Assembly (NCBI GenBank): GCA_963842525.1
Contig: CAWJGT010000009.1
Location: forward strand, 1,568,001 to 1,632,000
Source: an uncultured Holophagales bacterium
Lineage (GTDB): Bacteria; Acidobacteriota; Thermoanaerobaculia; Multivoradales; UBA5704
DNA length: 64,000 bases
Direction: 5' to 3'
Part shown: piece by piece, positions 34,901 through 47,640 of the stretch
Numbering within the stretch: position 1 is the stretch's first letter
How the letters are laid out: each line of letters begins with the position of its first letter
Translations under genes and position numbers: made by a program
Notes under the pieces: model-generated
What the model saw: the letters and a program-made list of their open reading frames with translations, nothing else
Database searches by the model: none
What the model was told of the DNA's origin: nothing

Positions 34901-37900
34901 CTCAACGGCAAGGTCAACTATGCCGCTCTGCCCTCGATCCAGGAGGCGCGCAGTCATCTGGAGCGAACCTTCATCATGCCGAGTACGCCAAGCGAAGAGG
35001 TCCTGGCGGGGATCTGGGCTAGGGTGCTCGGGCTCGAGAAGATCGGAAGCACGGAGAATTTTTTCGGCTTGGGGGGGCACTCTCTGCTGGCGACCCAAAT
35101 CGCTTCCCGTGCGCAGGAAGCTTTTGGCATTGAGCTGCCGCTACGTAGCATCTTCGAGGAACCGACCATTGCCGGTCTGGCGAGGAAGATCGAATCACTG
35201 ATGCGGCAAGGGAGGGCGCGGGAGACACCGCGGATCGAACCTGTGCCTCGTGGTCTCCCGCTTTCCCTCTCCTTCGCTCAGCAGCGGCTTTGGTTCCTCC
35301 AGCAGTTCGAGCCAGGTTCCGCGAGCTATAACCTGCGGATCGGAGTGAGGCTTCAAGGGAAGTTGGATGTCAGGGCTCTGGGATCGAGCTTCAACGAGAT
35401 CGTTCGCCGCCATGAGGTCCTGCGCACGACCTTCCCGACGGTCGACGGCGAGCCGCGGCAAGTCATCGCGCCCGCAGCACCGCTTGCCGTACCACTGATC
35501 GATCTGACACAGTCAGGAGGGGCCGAAGCGGAGGCCCGGAGAATCGCAGGGTTGGAAGGGCAGCGTCCCTTTGAGCTGAGCCGCAGTCCTGCCTTGCGGT
35601 GTCAGCTATTGCGTCTGACCTCCGAGGACCACGTCGTACTCGTTACCATGCACCACATAGTGAGTGATGCAGGGTCGATGGGGATCATGGTACGGGAGCT
35701 GATGACCCTGTATGAGGCGTTTCGCACGGGGGCCCAGTCACCTCTTCCTGAGCCACTGGTGCAGTATGCGGACTTCGCCGTCTGGCAGCGGCATTGGCTT
35801 GTCAGAGAGACTCTGGAGGGAGAGCTGGAATACTGGCGCGATCGGCTCCGTGGCCTGCCTCCGCTGCTACAACTGCCGATCGACCGTCCGCGCCCCGCAG
35901 TCCAGACGACCACGGGGGCTGTCCACGCCTTCTTGTTGCCCAAAGACCTTACCGAAAGCTTGCGAAGGCTGGCCCTGCAAGAGGGAGCGACGCTTTTCAT
36001 GGCATCGGCCGCCCTCTTCCAGGCCCTGCTGGGACGTATGGCGGGCCGGGAGGATATCTGTGTCGGCGTCCCTGTCAGCGGACGTGACCGGCTAGAAGTC
36101 GAAGGGCTGATCGGATTCTTCGTCAACGTTCTGGTCCTGCGGGGAGACCTCGCGGGCGATCCGAGCTTTCCGGAGTGGCTGAAGCGGGTCCGTACGGACA
36201 TACTGGAGGTTTACAGCCACCGCAACTTGCCCTTCGAAAAGCTGGTCGAGGAGTTAGTGCCGGAACGCAATCTGGCCTACTCGCCCCTATTCCAGGTGAT
36301 GCTCACTTTCCAGAACAACCCGATCGAAGGGGTGGAAGCTTTCAGGCTGCCAGATCTTGCGGTGACGCCGTTCGGGGTGGCGAGGAGCACGGCCAAGTTC
36401 GATCTCACACTGTCGCTGGTCTTGACCGCCGGTGGTTTGTCTGGAGTGTGGGAGTACAACAGGGACCTGTTCGATGCTGCGACCATCATCCGGACCGCCG
36501 GGCACTTTCAGACCCTTGCCGCGGAAGCCGTCGCCAGCCCAACCAAGAGCCTGTCGCAACTCGCAATCCTAACGCGGGCGGAGCGCCATCAGGTCTATAT
36601 GGAATGGAGCGGCGGCTGCGATGAATGGCCGCGGGTTCGAACCGACGAGCTGTTCGAGGCGCAGGTCCGCCGCAGGCCGGCAGCAGCGGCGGTGGTCTGG
36701 GAACAGGAGTCGTGGAGTTACCGTGAGCTCGATACCCGGGCAGAGAAGTGGGCCCGTTTCCTCCGGGGAGTCGGCGTCGGTCCGGAGGTGCGGGTCGGCC
36801 TTTGCACCCAGAGATCGCCCTGCCTGATCACGGGTATGCTGGGGATCTTGAAAGCCGGCGGTGCATTCGTGCCGCTGGATCCGGCTCATCCGCGCGAGCG
36901 GCTGGAAATGCTTCTGAAGGACTCGGGAGCGGCGATGGTGCTGACGCAAAGGCACTTGGCCGGAGCCTTCTCCGCGGCGGATCTTCCGATCCACCTTCTT
37001 GATGTGGACCCAGAGGTGCCGGATGGCGCCATCCTCGCCCCGGGCGCGCCCGTCGATTCTCTAGCCTATGTGATCTATACCTCGGGCTCGACGGGAAAGC
37101 CGAAAGGGGTGATGGTCTCCCATGCGAGCCTCTCCCCGATGCTTCTATGGAGCCGCGGGTATCTCGGTCTGAGCGAGCGGACTCGGGTCTTGCAAAACCT
37201 CTCTTTCGGCTTCGATTTCGGTATCTTCGAGCTCCTCACCACCCTCGTCTCCGGGGCGACGCTGTACATTCCAGGAGAGGATGACCGGGGAGATCCAGCG
37301 CGCTGGGCCGCCTTGGTACGGGAACATGGCATCAACACGGTTCATACGACTCCATCGTTCTTTCGTGAAGTGATGAAGACGGGAATCCGGCTCGAGGAAT
37401 TGGAGGTCCTCCACCTTGGAGGTGAAACGCTCTATCGAGGTGACGTGAAGTCGTTGACAGAGGTGACGGGAGAGGCGTGTGCTCTCTACAACGGCTACGG
37501 ACCGACCGAGGCGACGATCAACAGTCTCATTTTCAAAATCGACAAAGAGGGGACCGAAGGTCTGAGCGTACCGATCGGCCGTCCGTCGGCGAACAACTTG
37601 GCCTATGTACTGGACCGAGAGGGGGAGCCCGCGCCGATCGGAATTCCAGGTGAGCTGTACGTGGGAGGGGGAGGGGTGGCGCGCGGTTATCTCGAGCGAC
37701 CCCGGCTGACCGCCGAGAGGTTCATCCCCGATCGGTGGGGAGCCGAGGCCGGCGGGCGTCTCTATCGGACCGGTGATCTGGTTCGCTGGCTGCCCGGTGG
37801 CAACATCGAGTTCCTGGGGCGGACGGACGACCAGGTCAAGGTGCGCGGAGTGCGCATCGAACCGGGTGAGATCGAAGCCGTGCTCACGGCTCATTCTCAG

Positions 37901-40900
37901 GTACGGCAGGCGTTGGTGACCGTGCGTGAGGACGCCGTCAAGGGGAGTCAGCTCGTCGCCTACGTGGTCGTGACGGAGGGCCAGGACATGTCGGGTCGCC
38001 TGCGGGAATGGCTGCGTCAGCAGCTCCCGTACTACATGGTGCCCGCGGCCTTCGTCATATTGTCGGAGCTGAAGCTCACGGCAAGTGGCAAGATCGACCG
38101 CCGGGCTCTGCCGGAGCCTGTACAGGACGCAGCGGAGGGAGGCTCATCGCCACGCAACGCGATCGAGGAGGCTGTGGTATCGATCTGGGACGAAGTCCTG
38201 CACCGCGATCAGATCGGGATCCGCGACAATTTCTTCGCGCTGGGCGGGCACTCCCTACTCGCCACCAGGGTCATGTCCAGGGTGCGGCACACCTTCGGGA
38301 TCGAGCTGCCATTGCGCAACCTGTTCGAGGCTCCAACCGTGGTGGAGCTCGCGCAGCGAATCCGGCACGAGATGGGGCGTACGCCCAGACTGCAAGCTCC
38401 CTCTCTGGTTCCCGGCGCATTGGCGGAAAGGACTGGGCCGGCGCCGCTGTCGTTCTCTCAGCAGCGCCTCTGGTTCCTGCACCAGCTCGATCCCAGGTCT
38501 ACGGCCGAGAACCTGGTGCTGGCGGTGCGCCTCGCGGGCCGTCTGGATGCTGCGGCTCTCGACGGAGCGATGAGCGAGATGGTCTGCCGCCACGAGTCGC
38601 TCCGTACCGTGTTCTGGGTCGCGGACGGCGAGCCCGTCCAAGTCGTACAACCCGCGCAGGACTTCGTGTTCCCGTCCGTCGACCTCAGCGGCTTGGGGGG
38701 GCTCGCCGAACCGACGGCCCGGCGGCTCGCCTTGGAGCAGGCTGGGCAGCCATTCGACCTCGCCCGTGGGCCTCTCTTCCGGCCCTTGCTGCTGCGGCTG
38801 CGTGCCGAAGACCACCTGGTGCTGATGATGATGCACCACATCATCTGCGACGGCTGGTCGATGGGGATCCTGGCCCGGGAGTTGGGCGCGCTCTACAGAG
38901 CCTTCCATGAAGGCCAGCCTCCGGCTCTCCCCGCATTGGCCGTGCAGTATCCGGATTACGCCCGCTGGCAACGCCAGTGGTTGACCGGAGACGCCTTGGA
39001 GAGTGCTCTGGCGTATTGGCGCGGGCAGCTCGAAGGCGTGCCGGCGCTGCTCCAACTGCCGACCGATCGGCCGCGGCCGGAGATCCAGTCGTTCCGAGGA
39101 GATGCCCGGGTATTCGTCCTGGAGGAAGACCTGACAGAAGGGCTCCGCACGCTCGCACAGGAGGAGAGAGCAACTCTCTTCATGGTGCTGCTGGCGGGAT
39201 TCCAGGTATTGCTCGCCCGTCTTTCGGGACAGGAAGACCTGGCGGTCGGGACACCGATCGCGGGCCGCGATCACCTGGAGATCGAAGGCTTGATCGGCTT
39301 CTTCGTCAATACCCTGGTGCTACGCGCGGAGTTGTCGGCCGATCCCAGCTATGTAGATTTCCTGAGCCGGACGCGGAGCCGGGCCTTGGACGCCTACGCT
39401 CAGCAGGAGCTACCTTTCGAGAAGTTGGTCGAGGAGCTCGCGGTTGAACGCAGTCTCATGCATAGCCCGCTCTTCCAGGCGATGTTCGTACTTCAGAACA
39501 CGCCGGCAAGCTCCCTTGATCTACCAGGATTGAGCTGGACGTCGATCCCGACCGAAGAGACGACGGCGAGGTTCGATCTCGTCCTCTCGCTGAGCCAACA
39601 GGCGAATCGACTCAACGGAGCCCTTAGATATAACACCGACATCTTTGATGCAACCACCGCGCAGCGGATGGTGGAGCATTTCCAGGCTCTGCTCGGCGCG
39701 GTGATGGCTGATCGGCGGCAGCCTGTCTGGGCGCTGCCTCTCCTCACCTCCGAGCAGAGACACCAATTGCTCCTCGAATGGAACGACACCCGAGCTCGTG
39801 ATCGCGACATCCCGCTCCTCCGCCTCCTCGAAGCTCCTCTTGAGGAGCGCCCTGGTTCACTCGCCGTGGTCTGTGGAGAGGAGGAGCTGACCTATGCGGA
39901 TCTCCATCGTCGTGCCGGCAGGCTCGCGCGCCGCCTGTGCCGGCTCGGGGCGGGGCCGGATGTCGTGGTGGGGCTTCACCTCGACCGCTCTCCCGGAATG
40001 GTCGTCGCGATCCTTGCTGTCCTGAAAGCGGGAGGAGCTTACTTGCCTCTCGATCCCCTTCAGCCCGCGCAGCGGCTGACCTCCATTCTTGCGGAGGCAG
40101 GGGTACAGGTGCTGCTGACGCAGCGGGGCTTGGCCGCCGGATTGCCGTCGTTCAAAGGCGAAGTGGTGCTGCTCGATGACAAGGAGCTCGATGACAAGGA
40201 GAAAGATGAGATCAATCCCGCGGCCGGGCAGGATCGCGATCGGACCGGCACCGCGCTGCCTGAAAACCTGGCGTATCTGATCTATACCTCAGGTTCGACA
40301 GGAGGAGCGAAAGGGGTTGCCGTGACCCGGCGCGGCCTCGTCAACCTGATCCAAGCGAGTGCCGCGTGCCATGGGCAGGTCGGTTCCCTGTTGCTGCTGT
40401 CGTCATTTTCGTTCGACATGTCGGTGGTGAGTCTCTTCTGGACCCTCGGTCAGGGCGGGACGCTCGTGCTGCCGGTACCATCGCCGGTCGTAGACCTGCC
40501 CATGATTCATAGGTTGATAGTCGAGCGGCAGGTGTCGCACCTGATCTGTATTCCGTCGCTTTACTCCATCTTGATCGAGATGTCGGCACCCGGGGCCCTG
40601 GCATCCCTGCACAGCGTCAGGGTGGCCGGAGAGATCTGTCCTACCGGACTGGTCGCGAGTCATCGGAGAGCGCTCCCTCACGCCGATCTGTTCAACGAGT
40701 ACGGCCCTACGGAAGGCACGGTGTGGAGCAGCGTCCATCGGGCCGACGTCGCGCAGCCGGAGCTCCAGATCCCCATTGGACGCCCGATCGCCAACACCCG
40801 GATTTACCTTCTCGACCGTCGCCTCCGGCCTGTGCCATTGGGCAGCTCGGGAGAGATGTTCCTCGGCGGCATGGGCTTGGTGCGCGGCTATCACCGGCGG

Positions 40901-41707
40901 CCCGGTCTTACTGCGGAGACGTTCATTCCGAATCCGTGGGCCGAAGAGCCCGGGGAGCGGCTGTACCGGACAGGAGATGTCGCCCGCTTCCGAGCCGATG
41001 GAGAAATTGACTTCCTGGGACGAGTCGACCAGCAGTTGAAGATCCGCGGATTCCGCGTCGAGCCCGGTGAGATCGAGACTGCCTTGCTGACCCACCCCTC
41101 CGTAAGGAACGCCGCGGTGATCGCCTATCACAACGGCCGAGGCGGCTTGGCCCTGGCGGCCTATCTGGAGCTCAAGGCGAGCCACGAGGTGGCGATCGAC
41201 GAGTTGCGGGGATTTCTCCGTGCAAGCCTCCCGGAGCCGATGATTCCGCCGAGCTTCCGGATCTTGGATTCGCTGCCTTTGACCACCGCTGGCAAAATCG
41301 ATCGACGAACCCTCGCCAAGATTTCGAAGGCTCAAGAAGAGACGGAGTATGCGGCTCCGAGCACGGATCTGGAACAGGAGATCGCCGCGATCTGGAAAGA
41401 GATGCTCGGGGTCGCGAGGGTCGGTACAAATGACAACTTTTTCGACCTGGGCGGGCACTCACTGCTCCTGGTGCGCTTGCAGCGAAGATTACTCGATCGC
41501 TTCGGCCGGGAGATCTCGATGATCGATCTGTTCCGATTCCCCACCGTCGCCTCCTTGGCGCGACGTCTCGTCAGCGGTGGACAGGCGGAGACTTCGTTCC
41601 AGGATGAAGGGGAGCGTAGTGCTGCCCGGAGATCGGCGGTCCGCAGGAGTGGACAACGCCGCCAGGAGGCGCGCGCTGCCGAGGAGCGTCTAGAGGAGCG
41701 CACATGA
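28921..41707 (+). CDS. NRPS: interface-A(Glu)-T-C-A(Asn)-T-C-A(unknown)-T-C-A(His-like)-T; one frameshift near 30423
   Basis: ORFs 28921..30681 and 30269..41707 join as LAQHLLALG-ARPDRPVAL if one A of ggaagct is removed. First C has PSLCADS. Codes DAKDLGVVDK (Glu), DLTKIGEVGK (Asn), DFFHHGGINK, DMVIRAEVWK. Confidence 0.92.
40171..40200 (+). repeat. Perfect 15-bp tandem duplication inside an A-domain loop
   Basis: gctcgatgacaagga x2, encoding LDDKELDDKE. Confidence 0.9.
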
Positions 41708-44700
41708 GCGGAGTCGACGAGCTCACATGCGCCGAAGGGATCGCCGTCATCGGCATGGCCGGCCGTTTTCCGAAGGCGAGGAATTTTGAGGAGCTCTGGG
41801 ACCTGCTTGCGGCCGGCGAGGAAGCCATTTCATTATTCTCGGCGGAAGAGCTGATGGCTGCCGGTATCGATCCCGCTCTCGTGGCGAACCCGAACTACGT
41901 CAGGGCGGGAGGCGTTCTCGCAGACATCGACCGGTTTGATGCAGAGTTTTTCGGCTTCACGCCGCGTGAGGCTGAGATCACCGATCCACAGGTGCGGGTG
42001 TTCCTGGAATGCGCCTGGGAGGCTCTGGAAAGTGCCGGATATGACAGCGATCGCTACTCTGGATCGGTGGGTGTTTTCGCGGGTAGCAGCTTGAGCCGCT
42101 ATCTCTCGATGCTCCTCGCCAACCCCGAAGTCATGGATCTGGTGGGGAGCTTCCGGGTGCAGATGGGCAATGATAAGGACTTCCTGCCCACCTGGGTCTC
42201 GTATAAGTTGAATCTGCGCGGGCCGAGCTTCGGTATCCAGACCGCCTGTTCAACCTCGCTGGTGGCCGTGCACGTAGCTTGCCAGAGTCTCCTCAATTAC
42301 GAGTGCGACATGGCCTTGGCCGGCGGTGTTTCGATCCGGTTTCTTCGCAAATCGGGTTACCTGTATAAGGAAGGCGGGATCAACTCGTCCGATGGCCACT
42401 GCCGGGCTTTCGACGCTGCGGCGAGCGGCACGGTCAGCGGGGATGGGGCCGGTGTGGTCGTCCTGAAGCGCCTCGGCGACGCCCTGGCGGACCGTGATTC
42501 CATTCACGCCGTCATCCGCGGATCCGCCGTCAACAACGACGGCGGCTTGAAATCCGGTTTTACAGCGCCCAGTGTGGACGGCCAGGCCCGCGTCATCGCG
42601 GAGGCCCTCGCCCTGGCCGGAATCGCGCCCGAAGAGATCCGCTATGTCGAGGCGCACGGCACCGGCACCAGCCTTGGCGATCCCATCGAAGTTGCAGCGT
42701 TGTCGAAGGCTTTCAGGTCCGCAGGACGGGGCTATTGTGCCATCGGTTCCTTAAAAGCGAATATCGGGCATCTGGATACCGCTGCGGGTATCGCGGGCCT
42801 TCTCAAGGCAATCGGGATCCTGAAGCGCCGACAGCTCCCTCCCAGCCTGCATTTCCAGCGCCCGAACCCGGCAATCGATTTCTCCAACAGCCCATTTTAT
42901 GTCAACACACAGCTCGCCGACTGTGAGCTGGAAGGACCGCCCCTGTACGTTGGGGTCAGCTCCTTTGGGATCGGTGGTACGAACGCCCACGTCGTGCTGT
43001 CCGAGGGCCCAACGGCTCCCGCGTCCGAAGATGGGGAGGGCTGGTGCCTCTTGCCCCTGTCAGCCAGGACCACGGAGGCGCTCGACACCGCCACGGCGGA
43101 TCTGGCCTGCCATCTACGTCAGCACCCCGCGCTCGACCTTCGGGACGTGGCCTACACGCTGCAGGTCGGTCGGCGAGCTTTTCGGCATCGGCGTACCCTC
43201 GTCTGCCGATCCGTTCGCGAGGCCTGGCAAGCGTTGGAGGGCCGCGATGTCCAGACGGCGGAGGGGGAAATGCGGGAGCGTCCGATCGTCTTCCTGTTCT
43301 CGGGCCAGGGCGCGCAGCATGTCGGTATGGCAGGCGATCTCTATGCCACGCAACCAGGTTTCCGTGAACAGGTCGACCTCTGCGCGGAGCTTTTCCGGCC
43401 CCATCTTGGCCTCGACTTGCGCGAGATCCTGTACCCGAAGGCGGCGGAGCGCGAGCAGGCAAAGCGGCTCATCGATCGCACCTCTCTCACCCAGCCGACG
43501 CTATTCACGATCGAGTACGCTCTCGCGCGCCTATGGATGCAGTGGGGGCTCGCACCTGGGACGATGCTCGGCCACAGTATCGGCGAATATGTCGCCGCCT
43601 GTCTCGCGGGTGTGTTTTCGCTCGCGGACGCAGCGGCTCTGGTGGCGGTGCGCGGCCGCCTCATGGAAGGGACCCCCGCGGGCGCTATGCTATCGATACC
43701 CCTGCCGCCGGAGGAGATCGAGCCGCTGCTCTTGCAGGACCTCTGGCTGGCCGCGATCAATGGTCCGTCCCTGACAGTGGTTTCGGGTACCACGGAGGCG
43801 ATCGCTGCGCTCGAAGGGGAGCTGAGCGGCCGGGGGCTCCGATGCCGGAGACTGAAGACGTCCAATGCCTTCCACTCCGGCCTTATGGAGGCAGTGCGAG
43901 AACCTTTTCTCGCACTGCTGAAGACGGTGGAGCTGCAACCGCCCGCGATCCGGTTCGTGTCGAATCTAACGGGAACCTGGATCACGCCGCAGGATGCAAT
44001 GCGGCCGGGCTACTGGGTCGAGCACCTGCGCCGTCCAGTCCTCTTCGCACAGGGTCTGCAGACGATTTTGGGGGACTCCGGGGGGATCCTCCTCGAAGTC
44101 GGCCCCGGCTCGACGTTGGTGACCCTGGCGCAGCGACACCCCGATTGTGCTGCGGATCGAGTGATTCTGCCGTCTCTCCCTCACCCGCGAGACGAGGTAT
44201 CGGAGACCGGCTTTCTCCTCGGTACCTTGGGAAGGCTCTGGCTAGCGGGCAGGTCGATCGACTGGCCGGTGATCCATCGCGGGCAGCGACGGCGTCTGCC
44301 TCTGCCGACCTACCCCTTCCAGCGGAAGCGCTACTGGGTGGAGAGCGTGCCGCGAGGCCGGTCCACCTCCACCTCGGCTGCCGAGGTGCGGCAACGCAGG
44401 AAGGAGGTGGCCGAATGGCTCTACCGGCCGTCCTGGAATAGATCCGTGTCTCCGGCCCGCCTCAAGGCCGCGGACGGCATAGGCGCAGAGCGCTGGCTGC
44501 TCCTGCTCGACGAGACGGGCCTCGGGGCAAGGCTGGCCGGGCGCCTCGAAGCCTTGCGGCAAGAGGTGGTGACCATCGTCCTGGGGGATCGCTTCGCGCA
44601 GATCGGTGAAAGCTCCTACGTTCTGGATCGCTCCCAAAGCGCGGCCTACGAGGCCTTGCTGCGCGACCTGCACGCCACGGGCCGGAGCCCGCAAGCGATC

Positions 44701-47611
44701 GTCCACCTGGCAAGCCTTTCCCCTGCAGGCGAGCTCCTGACGAGCGCTGAGGCCTTTTCGCAGCGCCAGGAGTCCGGCTTCTTCAGCCTGCTGTGGCTTG
44801 TACAAGCTTTGGAGTCGCTGAACCACGCCGATCCCCTGCGAATCATTGTGGTGTCGAACGGTCTTCACCACGTGATCGGCCAGGAGTGCCTGTGCCCTGA
44901 AAAAGCGACCCTGCTTGGGCCCTGCCGGGTGATCCCGCAGGAATATCCCTACCTCTCGTGCCGGAATGTCGACCTCATCGTTCCCGAGCCCGGCAGTCCG
45001 CAAGAAGAGGAGCTCCTCGATCGCTTGATCGGGGAGTGTGGACGGGGTGCGGTGGAGCCCACAGTTGCCTATCGCGGTCGTTATCGCTGGGTCGAGGAAT
45101 GGGTACCCTGGCGCGGCTCCCGGGGGTCTGCACGCCTCCGGGAAAAAGGTGTTTATCTGATCACGGGTGGCCTCGGAGAGGTCGGACTGGTGATCGCGGA
45201 GCATCTGGCCCGCACCGTGCAAGCGCGGCTCGTCCTCACCCGTTTATCCGCCTTCCCGCCTCGTGATCGATGGGACGCCTGGCTCGCAGAATACGGGGAG
45301 GGAGACTTGGTGAGCCGAAAGATTCGCAAGCTGCGGGCGATCGAGCAGTTGGGGGCGGAGGTAGAGGTCGCCAGCCTGGACGTGGCTGATCTCCCCGCGA
45401 TGCGCGGTCTGCTGACAAGGATCGAGACGCGCTTCGGCACGCTGCACGGAGTTGTGCATGCCGCAGGCACCGTCGGGGGCCGGGTCTTTCGATCGATCGC
45501 AGAGACCGGGCAGGAGCAGGCGGACCTGCAGTTTCGTGCCAAGGTGCGGGGAGTGTATGTCCTTGAGGAGGTGCTGCGCGACCGATCGCTTGATTTTTGT
45601 CTGCTGATGTCCTCTCTGTCCTCTGTTCTCGGTGGCCTGGGCTTCGCCGCTTACGCAGGCGCGAACCTGTTCATGGACGCTTTCGCTGAGCTCCAGCAGC
45701 AGAAGGGAGTAGGGAGCTGGATCAGCGTGAACTGGGATGGTTGGCAGGTGAGCGAACGCCGAGAAGCGGAAGCTGAGGAACCGACCTACTCCGCCATCCG
45801 GCCGGCCGAGGGGCGGGAAGCCCTCGATCTGATCTTGGGGCTGGAGGACCTGGCCCGGGTCGCTGTCTCGACGACGGATCTCGAGGCCAGGAGCGCGCGG
45901 TGGGCCCGTCGCGAGCCGCAGGACGAGACCGGCGGCTCCCGGGAACCGGTCCCTGAGAGAGCTCCCCACCGCGGCGTTGCGGATACCATTCGAGGGATTT
46001 GGCAGGACCTGCTCGGTCTCGATCAGGTTGAGCTCGAAGACAACTTCTTCAAGCTCGGCGGAGACTCCTTGCTAGCGACCCAGTTGATCGCCAAGCTGCG
46101 ACAGGCGACCGGAGTCGCCATCCGTCTGCGGATGGTCTTCGAGACGCCGACGCTGGCCGCCCTCGCCGCGGTGATCGCCGCAGCCAGGACAGACCAGACG
46201 CTGGAGCGGCCCCCCATCAAGCCCGCGCCGCACGACCGCGAGCGTCCCCTCTCTTTCTCGCAGCAGCGTCTCTGGTTCCTGGAGCAGCTGGAGTTCGAAG
46301 TGCCTCCCTACAATACGTTTTCCGCCTTCCGACTGGCGGGTCAGCTCGACTTCGGCGCGCTCGCGGGCAGCCTCACCGAGATCGTGCGGCGGCACAGTGC
46401 CCTTCGCACCGTCTTCCTCGCTGCGGAGGGCCGGCCGTTCCAGGTCGTCGCTCCGGCCGAGGAGGTCAACCTGCCTCAGGTGGATCTGCAGGGCCTGCCC
46501 CGGGCCGAGCGTGAAGGCGAAGCCGAACGGCTGGCCGCCGCCGCCGCTGTCCAGCGTTTTGATCTCGTCAACGGACCGCTGCTCAAGGCCACGCTGCTGC
46601 GGCTGGAAGGAGCGGAATCCGTGATCCTGCTGGCGGTTCACCACATCGTCTGTGATGGCTGGTCCGTGGGGATCTTCACCCGCGAGCCTCCAGGTCCTCT
46701 ACGAAGCTCTCTCGCAAGGTCGCCTCTCCCCCTTGCCTGAGCTGCCGGTGCAATACGTGGACTACGCCGCCTGGCAGCGCGAGTGGTTGCAGGGCGAGGT
46801 GCTCGATCGACAGCTCGCTTACTGGCGGCGCCAACTAGCCAGTCTGGCCGATCTCGAGCTGCCGCTCGACCACCCTCGCCCGCGGCGCCAGACCTTCCGT
46901 GGCGCGCTGGAATTCCTGCGCCTGAGCGAATCGCTGAGCCGGGCGTTGAACGAACTGAGCCAACGGCTGGAGGTGACGCTCTTCATGGTCCTCCTCGCAG
47001 CGTTCAAGGTCCTTCTCTATCGTTACACCGGGCAGGAAGACATCGCAGTCGGTACCAATGTGGCAAACCGCAGCTGCGCTGAAATTGAAGGGCTGATCGG
47101 ATTCTTCGTCAACAACCTCGTGCTGAGGACGGATCTGTCGGGTGCCCCGTCCTTTGTGGAGGTCGTCCACCGGGTCGCCAAGACTTCTCTCGCCGCTTAC
47201 GAGCACCAGGATCTCCCTTTCGAGAGGGTCGTTGAGGAGCTGCGGCCGGAGCGGAACCCCGGCCGGCCACCCCTGTGTCAGATCCTGTTCGTTCTCCAGG
47301 TCGCCGCACAGCAGGAGCTGCGCCTGCCTGGACTGTCCATCGCGCCTTTCAGGACCCCAAGGAGGAGCGCGGCTTTCGATCTGCTGCTGAACATGAGAGA
47401 GGACGAGCAGTCCTTGAGTGGCACTCTGGAATACAACGTCGATCTTTTTGAACCTTCGACGATACAGGAGATGTTGCGTCGTTTCACCAAGCTCCTGGAA
47501 AGCGTGGTTGCCGATCCGTGGCAGCGGATCTCCTCTCTGGCGCTGCTGGAGTCTGGGGAGGAAGCCGTCCTGACCAACGGTTTTGCCGACGATCTCTGCG
47601 AGATGATGTAG
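41704..47611 (+). CDS. Type I PKS/NRPS hybrid KS-AT-KR-ACP-C; one frameshift near 46687
   Basis: KS TACSTS, EAHGTGT, NIGHL; AT GHSIGE and NAFH; KR ITGGLGEVG and AAYAGAN; ACP GGDSL; C HHIVCDG continuing in ORF 46652..47611 once an extra C is removed (IFTRE-LQVLYEAL). ATGA overlap with the upstream gene. Confidence 0.93.
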
Positions 47612-47640
47612 CGGCGTCTAGAAGGAAGGAAGCCCGATCC

